Shown here: one piece after another, positions 54,074 through 64,000 of the stretch
Numbering within the stretch: position 1 is the first letter of the stretch
Layout of the letters: each line of letters opens with the position of its first letter
Source: Auanema rhodensis
Taxonomy: Eukaryota > Animalia > Nematoda
Length of the DNA stretch: 64,000 nt
Assembly: GCA_964057225.1 (NCBI GenBank)
Contig: OZ059900.1
Coordinates: 14,198,001 to 14,262,000 of the forward strand
Direction of reading: 5' to 3'
Notes under the pieces: model-generated
Seen by the model: only the letters and a program-made list of their open reading frames with translations
Told to the model about the DNA's origin: nothing
Database searches by the model: none
Program-made: the position numbers and the translations under genes

Positions 54074-54440
54074 TTGAATTTGCACTTAGAAACTTTCATT
54101 AAGAGTGTGAGTTTGAAATATAGTAGAAAAATGAAACACTGTCTCTAACATATATTGATTTATGGCCTACTTTACTCAAAGAGCTAATTGAAGTTTGGTG
54201 TTAAAATGAACAATTGATTAACGCTGACGTTCCATTTTTTTTCATCGTAATTGAGATAGAATACTTAAATTAAATGGAAATGTTTAACAATTTAAAAAAA
54301 AATCACAAGCTCAAATCACTTTTGAAAAAACAGAAAGTTTAAAACAACCTTTTTTCTAATAATTATCGTCTTTATCCGACTTTTGGAAGAAAAGAAAAAT
54401 AGCATAACATTCAATAACGATGAATCAGAACAAAAACATT

Positions 54441-54512
54441 CTCCCCGGCCGGGAATTGAACCCGGGTCTCGCATGTGACAGACGCGGATACTCACCACTA
54501 TACTACCGAGGA
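54441..54512 (-). tRNA. tRNA-Asp(GTC)
   Basis: Array consensus copy. Confidence 0.95.
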
Positions 54513-54878
54513 TTTAATTTGCACTTAGAAACTTTCATTAAGAGTGTGAGTTTGAATTAAAGTAGAAAAATGAAACACTGTCTCTAACATATCTTGATTT
54601 ATGGCCTACTTTACTCAAAGAGCTAATTGAAGTTTGGTGTTAGAATGAACGATTGATTAACGCTGACGTTTCAATTTTTTTCATCGTAATTGAGATAGAA
54701 CATTTAAATTAAATGGAAATGTTTAACAATTTAGAAAAAAAACACAAGCTCAAATCACTTTTGAAAAAACAGAAAGTTTAAAACAACCTTTTTCTAATAA
54801 TTATCTTTTTTATCCGACTTTTGGAAAAAAACAAAAATAGCATAACATTCAATAACGATGAATCAGAACAAAAACATT

Positions 54879-54950
54879 CTCCCCGGCCGGGAATTGAACC
54901 CGGGTCTCGCATGTGACAGACGCGGATACTCACCACTATACTACCGAGGA
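54879..54950 (-). tRNA. tRNA-Asp(GTC)
   Basis: Array consensus copy. Confidence 0.95.
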
Positions 54951-55316
54951 TTGAATTTGCACTTAGAAACTTTCATTAAGAGTGTGAGTTTGAAATATAG
55001 TAGAAAAATGAAACACTGTCTCTAACATATATTGATTTATGGCCTACTTTACTCAAAGAGCTAATTGAAGTTTGGTGTTAAAATGAACAATTGATTAACG
55101 TTGACGTTCCGTTTTTTTTCATCGTAATTAAGATAGAACACTTAAATTAAATAGAAATGTTTGAAAATTTAAAAAAAAATCACAAGCTCAAATCACTTTT
55201 GAAAAAACAGAAAGTTTAAAACAACCTTTTTCTAATAATTATCTTTTTTATCCGACTTTTGGAAAAAAACAAAAATAGCATAACATTCAATAACGATGAA
55301 TCAGAACAAAAACATT

Positions 55317-55388
55317 CTCCCCGGCCGGGAATTGAACCCGGGTCTCGCATGTGACAGACGCGGATACTCACCACTATACTACCGAGGA
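55317..55388 (-). tRNA. tRNA-Asp(GTC)
   Basis: Array consensus copy. Confidence 0.95.
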
Positions 55389-55755
55389 TTGAATTTGCAC
55401 TTAGAAACTTTCATTGAGAGTGTGAGTTTGAATTAAAGTAGAAAAATGAAACACTGTCTCTAAGATATCTTGATTTATGGCCTACTTTACTCAAAGAGCT
55501 AATTGAAGTTTGGTGTTAGAATGAACAATTGATTAACGCTGACGTTCCATTTTTTTTTATCGTAATTGAGATAGAATACTTAAATTAAATGAAAATGTTT
55601 AACAATTTAGAAAAAAAACACAAGCTCAAATCAATTTTGAAAAAACAGAAAGTTTAAAATAACCTTTTTTCTAATAATTATCTTTTTAATTCGACTTTTG
55701 GAAGAAAACAAAAATAGCATAACATTCAATAACGATGAATCAGAACAAAAACATT

Positions 55756-55827
55756 CTCCCCGGCCGGGAATTGAACCCGGGTCTCGCATGTGACAGACGC
55801 GGATACTCACCACTATACTACCGAGGA
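55756..55827 (-). tRNA. tRNA-Asp(GTC)
   Basis: Array consensus copy. Confidence 0.95.
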
Positions 55828-56194
55828 TTGAATTTGCACTTAGAAACTTTCATTAAGAGTGTGAGTTTGAAATATAGTAGAAAAATGAAACACTGTCTCT
55901 AACATATATTGATTTATGGCCTACTTTACTCAAAGAGCTAATTGAAGTTTGGTGTTAAAATGAACAATTGATTAACGCTGACGTTCCGTTTTTTTTCATC
56001 GTAATTAAGATAGAACACTTAAATTAAATAGAAATGTTTGAAAATTTAAAAAAAAATCACAAGCTCAAATCACTTTTGAAAAAACGGAAAGTTTAAAACA
56101 ACCTTTTTTCTAATAATTATCGTCTTTATCCGACTTTTGGAAGAAAAGAAAAATAGCATAACATTCAATAACGATGAATCAGAACAAAAACATT

Positions 56195-56266
56195 CTCCCC
56201 GGCCGGGAATTGAACCCGGGTCTCGCATGTGACAGACGAGGATACTCACCACTATACTACCGAGGA
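56195..56266 (-). tRNA. tRNA-Asp(GTC), anticodon-stem G>T variant
   Basis: CCTCGTCTGTC instead of CCGCGTCTGTC. Confidence 0.85.
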
Positions 56267-56633
56267 TTGAATTTGCACTTAGAAACTTTCATTAAGAGTG
56301 TGAGTTTGAATTATAGTAGAAAAATGAAACACTGTCTCTAACATATATTGATTTATGGCCTACTTTACTCAAAGAGCTAATTGAAGTTTGGTGTTAAAAT
56401 GAACAATTGATTAACGCTGACGTTCCATTTTTTTTCATCGTAATTGAGATAGAATACTTAAATTAAATGGAAATGTTTAACAATTTAAAAAAAAATCACA
56501 AGCTCAAATCACTTTTGAAAAAACAGAAAGTTTAAAACAACCTTTTTTCTAATAATTATCGTCTTTATCCGACTTTTGGAAGAAAAGAAAAATAGCATAA
56601 CATTCAATAACGATGAATCAGAACAAAAACATT

Positions 56634-56705
56634 CTCCCCGGCCGGGAATTGAACCCGGGTCTCGCATGTGACAGACGCGGATACTCACCACTATACTACC
56701 GAGGA
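56634..56705 (-). tRNA. tRNA-Asp(GTC)
   Basis: Array consensus copy. Confidence 0.95.
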
Positions 56706-57071
56706 TTTAATTTGCACTTAGAAACTTTCATTAAGAGTGTGAGTTTGAATTAAAGTAGAAAAATGAAACACTGTCTCTAACATATCTTGATTTATGGCCT
56801 ACTTTACTCAAAGAGCTAATTGAAGTTTGGTGTTAGAATGAACGATTGATTAACGCTGACGTTTCAATTTTTTTCATCGTAATTGAGATAGAACATTTAA
56901 ATTAAATGGAAATGTTTAACAATTTAGAAAAAAAACACAAGCTCAAATCACTTTTGAAAAAACAGAAAGTTTAAAACAACCTTTTTCTAATAATTATCTT
57001 TTTTATCCGACTTTTGGAAAAAAACAAAAATAGCATAACATTCAATAACGATGAATCAGAACAAAAACATT

Positions 57072-57143
57072 CTCCCCGGCCGGGAATTGAACCCGGGTCT
57101 CGCATGTGACAGACGCGGATACTCACCACTATACTACCGAGGA
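57072..57143 (-). tRNA. tRNA-Asp(GTC)
   Basis: Array consensus copy. Confidence 0.95.
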
Positions 57144-57510
57144 TTGAATTTGCACTTAGAAACTTTCATTAAGAGTGTGAGTTTGAAATATAGTAGAAAA
57201 ATGAAACACTGTCTCTAACATATATTGATTTATGGCCTACTGTACTCAAAGAGCTAATTGAAGTTTGGTGTTAAAATGAACAATTGATTAACGTTGACGT
57301 TCCGTTTTTTTTCATCGTAATTAAGATAGAACACTTAAATTAAATAGAAATGTTTGAAAATTTAAAAAAAAATCACAAGCTCAAATCACTTTTGAAAAAG
57401 CAGAAAGTTTAAAATAACCTTTTTTCTAATAATTATCTTTTTAATTCGACTTTTGGAAGAAAACAAAATAAGCATAACATTCAATAACGATGAATCAGAA
57501 CAAAAACATT

Positions 57511-57582
57511 CTCCCCGGCCGGGAATTGAACCCGGGTCTCGCATGTGACAGACGCGGATACTCACCACTATACTACCGAGGA
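57511..57582 (-). tRNA. tRNA-Asp(GTC)
   Basis: Array consensus copy. Confidence 0.95.
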
Positions 57583-57948
57583 TTGAATTTGCACTTAGAA
57601 ACTTTCATTAAGAGTGTGAGTTTGAATTAAAGTAGAAAAATGAAACACTGTCTCTAACATATCTTGATTTATGGCCTACTTTACTCAAAGAGCTAATTGA
57701 AGTTTGGTGTTAGAATGAACGATTGATTAACGCTGACGTTTCAATTTTTTTCATCGTAATTGAGATAGAACATTTAAATTAAATGGAAATGTTTAACAAT
57801 TTAGAAAAAAAACACAAGCTCAAATCACTTTTGAAAAAACAGAAAGTTTAAAACAACCTTTTTCTAATAATTATCTTTTTTATCCGACTTTTGGAAAAAA
57901 ACAAAAATAGCATAACATTCAATAACGATGAATCAGAACAAAAACATT

Positions 57949-58020
57949 CTCCCCGGCCGGGAATTGAACCCGGGTCTCGCATGTGACAGACGCGGATACT
58001 CACCACTATACTACCGAGGA
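57949..58020 (-). tRNA. tRNA-Asp(GTC)
   Basis: Array consensus copy. Confidence 0.95.
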
Positions 58021-58387
58021 TTGAATTTGCACTTAGAAACTTTCATTGAGAGTGTGAGTTTGAATTAAAGTAGAAAAATGAAACACTGTCTCTAAGATAT
58101 CTTGACTTATGGCCTACTTTACTCAAAGAGCTAATTGAAGTTTGGTGTTAAAATGAACAATTGATTAACGCTGACGTTCCATTTTTTTTCATCGTAATTG
58201 AGATAGAATACTTAAATTAAATGGAAATGTTTAACAATTTAGAAAAAAAACACAAGCTCAAATCACTTTTGAAAAAACAGAAAGTTTAAAATAACCTTTT
58301 TTCTAATAATTATATTTTTTATCCGACTTTTGGAAGAAAACAAAAATAGCATAACATTCAATAACGATGAATCAGAACAAAAACATT

Positions 58388-58459
58388 CTCCCCGGCCGGG
58401 AATTGAACCCGGGTCTCGCATGTGACAGACGCGGATACTCACCACTATACTACCGAGGA
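58388..58459 (-). tRNA. tRNA-Asp(GTC)
   Basis: Array consensus copy. Confidence 0.95.
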
Positions 58460-58826
58460 TTTAATTTGCACTTAGAAACTTTCATTAAGAGTGTGAGTTT
58501 GAAATATAGTAGAAAAATGAAACACTGTCTCTAACATATCTTGATTTATGGCCTACTTTACTCAAAGAGCTAATTGAAGTTTGGTGTTACAATGAACAAT
58601 TGATTAACGCTGACGTTTCAATTTTTTTCATCGTAATTAAGATAGAACATTTAAATTAAACAGAAATGTTTGAAAATTTAAAAAAAAATCACAAGCTCGA
58701 ATCACTTTTGAAAAAACAGAAAGTTTAAAACAACCTTTTTTCTAATAATTATCGTCTTTATCCGACTTTTGGAAGAAAAGAAAAATAGCATAACATTCAA
58801 TAACGATGAATCAGAACAAAAACATT

Positions 58827-58898
58827 CTCCCCGGCCGGGAATTGAACCCGGGTCTCGCATGTGACAGACGCGGATACTCACCACTATACTACCGAGGA
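58827..58898 (-). tRNA. tRNA-Asp(GTC)
   Basis: Array consensus copy. Confidence 0.95.
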
Positions 58899-59264
58899 TT
58901 TAATTTGCACTTAGAAACTTTCATTAAGAGTGTGAGTTTGAATTAAAGTAGAAAAATGAAACACTGTCTCTAACATATCTTGATTTATGGCCTACTTTAC
59001 TCAAAGAGCTAATTGAAGTTTGGTGTTAGAATGAACGATTGATTAACGCTGACGTTTCAATTTTTTTCATCGTAATTGAGATAGAACATTTAAATTAAAT
59101 GGAAATGTTTAACAATTTAGAAAAAAAACACAAGCTCAAATCACTTTTGAAAAAACAGAAAGTTTAAAACAACCTTTTTCTAATAATTATCTTTTTTATC
59201 CGACTTTTGGAAAAAAACAAAAATAGCATAACATTCAATAACGATGAATCAGAACAAAAACATT

Positions 59265-59336
59265 CTCCCCGGCCGGGAATTGAACCCGGGTCTCGCATGT
59301 GACAGACGCGGATACTCACCACTATACTACCGAGGA
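59265..59336 (-). tRNA. tRNA-Asp(GTC)
   Basis: Array consensus copy. Confidence 0.95.
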
Positions 59337-59703
59337 TTGAATTTGCACTTAGAAACTTTCATTAAGAGTGTGAGTTTGAAATATAGTAGAAAAATGAAAC
59401 ACTGTCTCTAACATATATTGATTTATGGCCTACTTTACTCAAAGAGCTAATTGAAGTTTGGTGTTAAAATGAACAATTGATTAACGTTGACGTTCCGTTT
59501 TTTTTCATCGTAATTAAGATAGAACACTTAAATTAAATAGAAATGTTTGAAAATTTAAAAAAAAATCACAAGCTCAAATCACTTTTGAAAAAGCAGAAAG
59601 TTTAAAATAACCTTTTTTCTAATAATTATCTTTTTAATTCGACTTTTGGAAGAAAACAAAATAAGCATAACATTCAATAACGATGAATCAGAACAAAAAC
59701 ATT

Positions 59704-59775
59704 CTCCCCGGCCGGGAATTGAACCCGGGTCTCGCATGTGACAGACGCGGATACTCACCACTATACTACCGAGGA
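59704..59775 (-). tRNA. tRNA-Asp(GTC)
   Basis: Array consensus copy. Confidence 0.95.
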
Positions 59776-60140
59776 TTGAATTTGCACTTAGAAACTTTCA
59801 TTGAGAGTGTGAGTTTGAATTAAAGTAGAAAAATGAAACACTGTCTCTAAGATATCTTGATTTATGGCCTACTTTACTCAAAGAGCTAATTGAAGTTTGG
59901 TGTTAGAATGAACAATTGATTAACGCTGACGTTCCGTTTTTTCATCGTAATTAAGATAGAACACTTAAATTAAATAGAAATGTTTGAAAATTTAAAAAAA
60001 AATCACAAGCTCAAATCACTTTTGAAAAAACAGAAAGTTTAAAACAACCTTTTTTCTAATAATTATCGTCTTTATCCGACTTTTGGAAGAAAAGAAAAAT
60101 AGCATAACATTCAATAACGATGAATCAGAACAAAAACATT

Positions 60141-60212
60141 CTCCCCGGCCGGGAATTGAACCCGGGTCTCGCATGTGACAGACGCGGATACTCACCACTA
60201 TACTACCGAGGA
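60141..60212 (-). tRNA. tRNA-Asp(GTC)
   Basis: Array consensus copy. Confidence 0.95.
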
Positions 60213-60579
60213 TTGAATTTGCACTTAGAAACTTTCATTAAGAGTGTGAGTTTGAAATATAGTAGAAAAATGAAACACTGTCTCTAACATATATTGATTT
60301 ATGGCCTACTTTACTCAAAGAGCTAATTGAAGTTTGGTGTTAGAATGAACAATTGATTAACGCTGACGTTCCATTTTTTTTTATCGTAATTGAGATAGAA
60401 TACTTAAATTAAATGAAAATGTTTAACAATTTAGAAAAAAAACACAAGCTCAAATCAATTTTGAAAAAACAGAAAGTTTAAAATAACCTTTTTTCTAATA
60501 ATTATCTTTTTAATTCGACTTTTGGAAGAAAACAAAAATAGCATAACATTCAATAACGATGAATCAGAACAAAAACATT

Positions 60580-60651
60580 CTCCCCGGCCGGGAATTGAAC
60601 CCGGGTCTCGCATGTGACAGACGCGGATACTCACCACTATACTACCGAGGA
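60580..60651 (-). tRNA. tRNA-Asp(GTC)
   Basis: Array consensus copy. Confidence 0.95.
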
Positions 60652-61018
60652 TTGAATTTGCACTTAGAAACTTTCATTAAGAGTGTGAGTTTGAAATATA
60701 GTAGAAAAATGAAACACTGTCTCTAACATATATTGATTTATGGCCTACTTTACTCAAAGAGCTAATTGAAGTTTGGTGTTAAAATGAACAATTGATTAAC
60801 GCTGACGTTCCGTTTTTTTTCATCGTAATTAAGATAGAACACTTAAATTAAATAGAAATGTTTGAAAATTTAAAAAAAAATCACAAGCTCAAATCACTTT
60901 TGAAAAAACAGAAAGTTTAAAACAACCTTTTTTCTAATAATTATCGTCTTTATCCGACTTTTGGAAGAAAAGAAAAATAGCATAACATTCAATAACGATG
61001 AATCAGAACAAAAACATT

Positions 61019-61090
61019 CTCCCCGGCCGGGAATTGAACCCGGGTCTCGCATGTGACAGACGAGGATACTCACCACTATACTACCGAGGA
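61019..61090 (-). tRNA. tRNA-Asp(GTC), anticodon-stem G>T variant
   Basis: Same variant as the copy at 56195. Confidence 0.85.
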
Positions 61091-61457
61091 TTGAATTTGC
61101 ACTTAGAAACTTTCATTAAGAGTGTGAGTTTGAAATATAGTAGAAAAATGAAACACTGTCTCTAACATATATTGATTTATGGCCTACTTTACTCCAAGAG
61201 CTAATTGAAGTTTGGTGTTAAAATGAACAATTGATTAACGCTGACGTTCCATTTTTTTTCATCGTAATTGAGATAGAATACTTAAATTAAATGGAAATGT
61301 TTAACAATTTAAAAAAAAATCACAAGCTCAAATCACTTTTGAAAAAACAGAAAGTTTAAAACAACCTTTTTTCTAATAATTATCGTCTTTATCCGACTTT
61401 TGGAAGAAAAGAAAAATAGCATAACATTCAATAACGATGAATCAGAACAAAAACATT

Positions 61458-61529
61458 CTCCCCGGCCGGGAATTGAACCCGGGTCTCGCATGTGACAGAC
61501 GCGGATACTCACCACTATACTACCGAGGA
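61458..61529 (-). tRNA. tRNA-Asp(GTC)
   Basis: Array consensus copy. Confidence 0.95.
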
Positions 61530-61895
61530 TTTAATTTGCACTTAGAAATTTTCATTAAGAGTGTGAGTTTGAATTAAAGTAGAAAAATGAAACACTGTCT
61601 CTAACATATCTTGATTTATGGCCTACTTTACTCAAAGAGCTAATTGAAGTTTGGTGTTAGAATGAACGATTGATTAACGCTGACGTTTCAATTTTTTTCA
61701 TCGTAATTGAGATAGAACATTTAAATTAAATGGAAATGTTTAACAATTTAGAAAAAAAACACAAGCTCAAATCACTTTTGAAAAAACAGAAAGTTTAAAA
61801 CAACCTTTTTCTAATAATTATCTTTTTTATCCGACTTTTGGAAAAAAACAAAAATAGCATAACATTCAATAACGATGAATCAGAACAAAAACATT

Positions 61896-61967
61896 CTCCC
61901 CGGCCGGGAATTGAACCCGGGTCTCGCATGTGACAGACGCGGATACTCACCACTATACTACCGAGGA
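61896..61967 (-). tRNA. tRNA-Asp(GTC)
   Basis: Array consensus copy. Confidence 0.95.
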
Positions 61968-62334
61968 TTGAATTTGCACTTAGAAACTTTCATTAAGAGT
62001 GTGAGTTTGAAATATAGTAGAAAAATGAAACACTGTCTCTAACATATATTGATTTCTGGCCTACTTTACTCAAAGAGCTAATTGAAGTTTGGTGTTAAAA
62101 TGAACAATTGATTAACGTTGACGTTCCGTTTTTTTTCATCGTAATTAAGATAGAACACTTAAATTAAATAGAAATGTTTGAAAATTTAAAAAAAAATCAC
62201 AAGCTCAAATCACTTTTGAAAAAGCAGAAAGTTTAAAATAACCTTTTTTCTAATAATTATCTTTTTAATTCGACTTTTGGAAGAAAACAAAATAAGCATA
62301 ACATTCAATAACGATGAATCAGAACAAAAACATT

Positions 62335-62406
62335 CTCCCCGGCCGGGAATTGAACCCGGGTCTCGCATGTGACAGACGCGGATACTCACCACTATACTAC
62401 CGAGGA
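62335..62406 (-). tRNA. tRNA-Asp(GTC)
   Basis: Array consensus copy. Confidence 0.95.
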
Positions 62407-62772
62407 TTGAATTTGCACTTAGAAACTTTCATTGAGAGTGTGAGTTTGAATTAAAGTAGAAAAATGAAACACTGTCTCTAAGATATCTTGATTTATGGCC
62501 TACTTTACTCAAAGAGCTAATTGAAGTTTGGTGTTAGAATGAACAATTGATTAACGCTGACGTTCCATTTTTTTTTATCGTAATTGAGATAGAATACTTA
62601 AATTAAATGAAAATGTTTAACAATTTAGAAAAAAAACACAAGCTCAAATCACTTTTGAAAAAACAGAAAGTTTAAAACAACCTTTTTCTAATAATTATCT
62701 TTTTTATCCGACTTTTGGAAAAAAACAAAAATAGCATAACATTCAATAACGATGAATCAGAACAAAAACATT

Positions 62773-62844
62773 CTCCCCGGCCGGGAATTGAACCCGGGTC
62801 TCGCATGTGACAGACGCGGATACTCACCACTATACTACCGAGGA
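62773..62844 (-). tRNA. tRNA-Asp(GTC)
   Basis: Array consensus copy. Confidence 0.95.
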
Positions 62845-63211
62845 TTGAATTTGCACTTAGAAACTTTCATTAAGAGTGTGAGTTTGAAATATAGTAGAAA
62901 AATGAAACACTGTCTCTAACATATATTGATTTATGGCCTACTTTACTCAAAGAGCTAATTGAAGTTTGGTGTTAAAATGAACAATTGATTAACGTTGACG
63001 TTCCGTTTTTTTTCATCGTAATTAAGATAGAACACTTAAATTAAATAGAAATGTTTAAAAATTTAAAAAAAAATCACAAGCTCAAATCACTTTTGAAAAA
63101 GCAGAAAGTTTAAAATAACCTTTTTTCTAATAATTATCTTTTTAATTCGACTTTTGGAAGAAAACAAAATAAGCATAACATTCAATAACGATGAATCAGA
63201 ACAAAAACATT

Positions 63212-63283
63212 CTCCCCGGCCGGGAATTGAACCCAGGTCTCGCATGTGACAGACGCGGATACTCACCACTATACTACCGAGGA
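63212..63283 (-). tRNA. tRNA-Asp(GTC), T-stem C>T variant
   Basis: GACCTGGGTTC instead of GACCCGGGTTC. Confidence 0.88.
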
Positions 63284-63650
63284 TTGAATTTGCACTTAGA
63301 AACTTTCATTAAGAGTGTGAGTTTGAAATATAGTAGAAAAATGAAACACTGTCTCTAACATATATTGATTTATGGCCTACTTTACTCAAAGAGCTAATTG
63401 AAGTTTGGTGTTACAATGAACAATTGATTAACGCTGACGTTTCAATTTTTTTCATCGTAATTAAGATAGAACATTTAAATTAAACAGAAATGTTTGAAAA
63501 TTTAAAAAAAAATCACAAGCTCAAATCACTTTTGAAAAAACAGAAAGTTTAAAACAACCTTTTTTCTAATAATTATCGTCTTTATCCGACTTTTGGAAGA
63601 AAAGAAAAATAGCATAACATTCAATAACGATGAATCAGAACAAAAACATT

Positions 63651-63722
63651 CTCCCCGGCCGGGAATTGAACCCGGGTCTCGCATGTGACAGACGCGGATA
63701 CTCACCACTATACTACCGAGGA
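63651..63722 (-). tRNA. tRNA-Asp(GTC), copy 56
   Basis: Array consensus copy. Confidence 0.95.
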
Positions 63723-64000
63723 TTTAATTTGCACTTAGAAACTTTCATTAAGAGTGTGAGTTTGAATTAAAGTAGAAAAATGAAACACTGTCTCTAACAT
63801 ATCTTGATTTATGGCCTACTTTACTCAAAGAGCTAATTGAAGTTTGGTGTTAGAATGAACGATTGATTAACGCTGACGTTTCAATTTTTTTCATCGTAAT
63901 TGAGATAGAACATTTAAATTAAATGGAAATGTTTAACAATTTAGAAAAAAAACACAAGCTCAAATCACTTTTGAAAAAACAGAAAGTTTAAAACAACCTT

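Larger units (their letters stand above)
39373..64000 (-). repeat. Tandem tRNA-Asp(GTC) gene array (tDNA satellite), 438/439-bp unit, 56 tRNA copies in the window, continues past the right edge
   Basis: Constant period of 439 bp (14 units are 438 bp and one is 437 bp). Each unit is a 72-nt tRNA plus an AT-rich spacer, with a T5 Pol III terminator 5 nt downstream of the tRNA. Confidence 0.98.

Noticed and set aside
39397-63708. Repeated 60-aa ORF (MVSIRVCHMRDPGSIPGRGECF...)
   Set aside because: It is a translation of the tRNA body and T-rich trailer from a non-ATG start, and it is frameshifted in 14 units.
39373-64000. CRISPR array or tRNA-derived SINE cluster
   Set aside because: The context is eukaryotic, spacers are near-identical rather than unique, and there are no cas genes. 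The tRNA is full length with its own terminator, and there are no target-site duplications or SINE tail.
15731-64000. Both arrays as assembly artefacts
   Set aside because: Copy-specific SNPs, structured haplotype order and a complex junction favour real arrays, but read-level confirmation is still needed.

Overview
AT-rich eukaryotic genomic DNA, almost certainly from a rhabditid nematode: dense 40-55 nt GT-AG introns, TTTCAG-type acceptors and a nematode-type tRNA-Asp sequence. Every gene I can identify is on the minus strand. The window has three zones. (1) 1-15.7 kb is single-copy: a luciferase/4CL-like acyl-CoA synthetase (mec-18-like, runs off the left edge), a TWK two-pore K+ channel, and a large secreted EGF/vWA/MD/C-type-lectin protein (irg-7-like family). 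(2) 15,731-39,341 is a near-identical head-to-tail array of a 3,495-bp unit (about 6.76 copies). Each unit carries a whole intron-containing git-1 (GIT ArfGAP) gene that lacks the catalytic arginine, plus an apparent orphan terminal exon of a missing neighbour gene. (3) About 39,373 to the window end is a satellite-like array of a 438/439-bp unit, each with one tRNA-Asp(GTC) gene (56 copies in view), showing higher-order repeat structure. The tRNA array truncates the last git-1 copy through a junction containing a short git-1-derived insert. The most notable feature is this abrupt change from single-copy genes to gene-bearing tandem arrays. It is a candidate germline-restricted (programmed DNA elimination) or other specialised chromosome domain, which cannot be proven from sequence alone.
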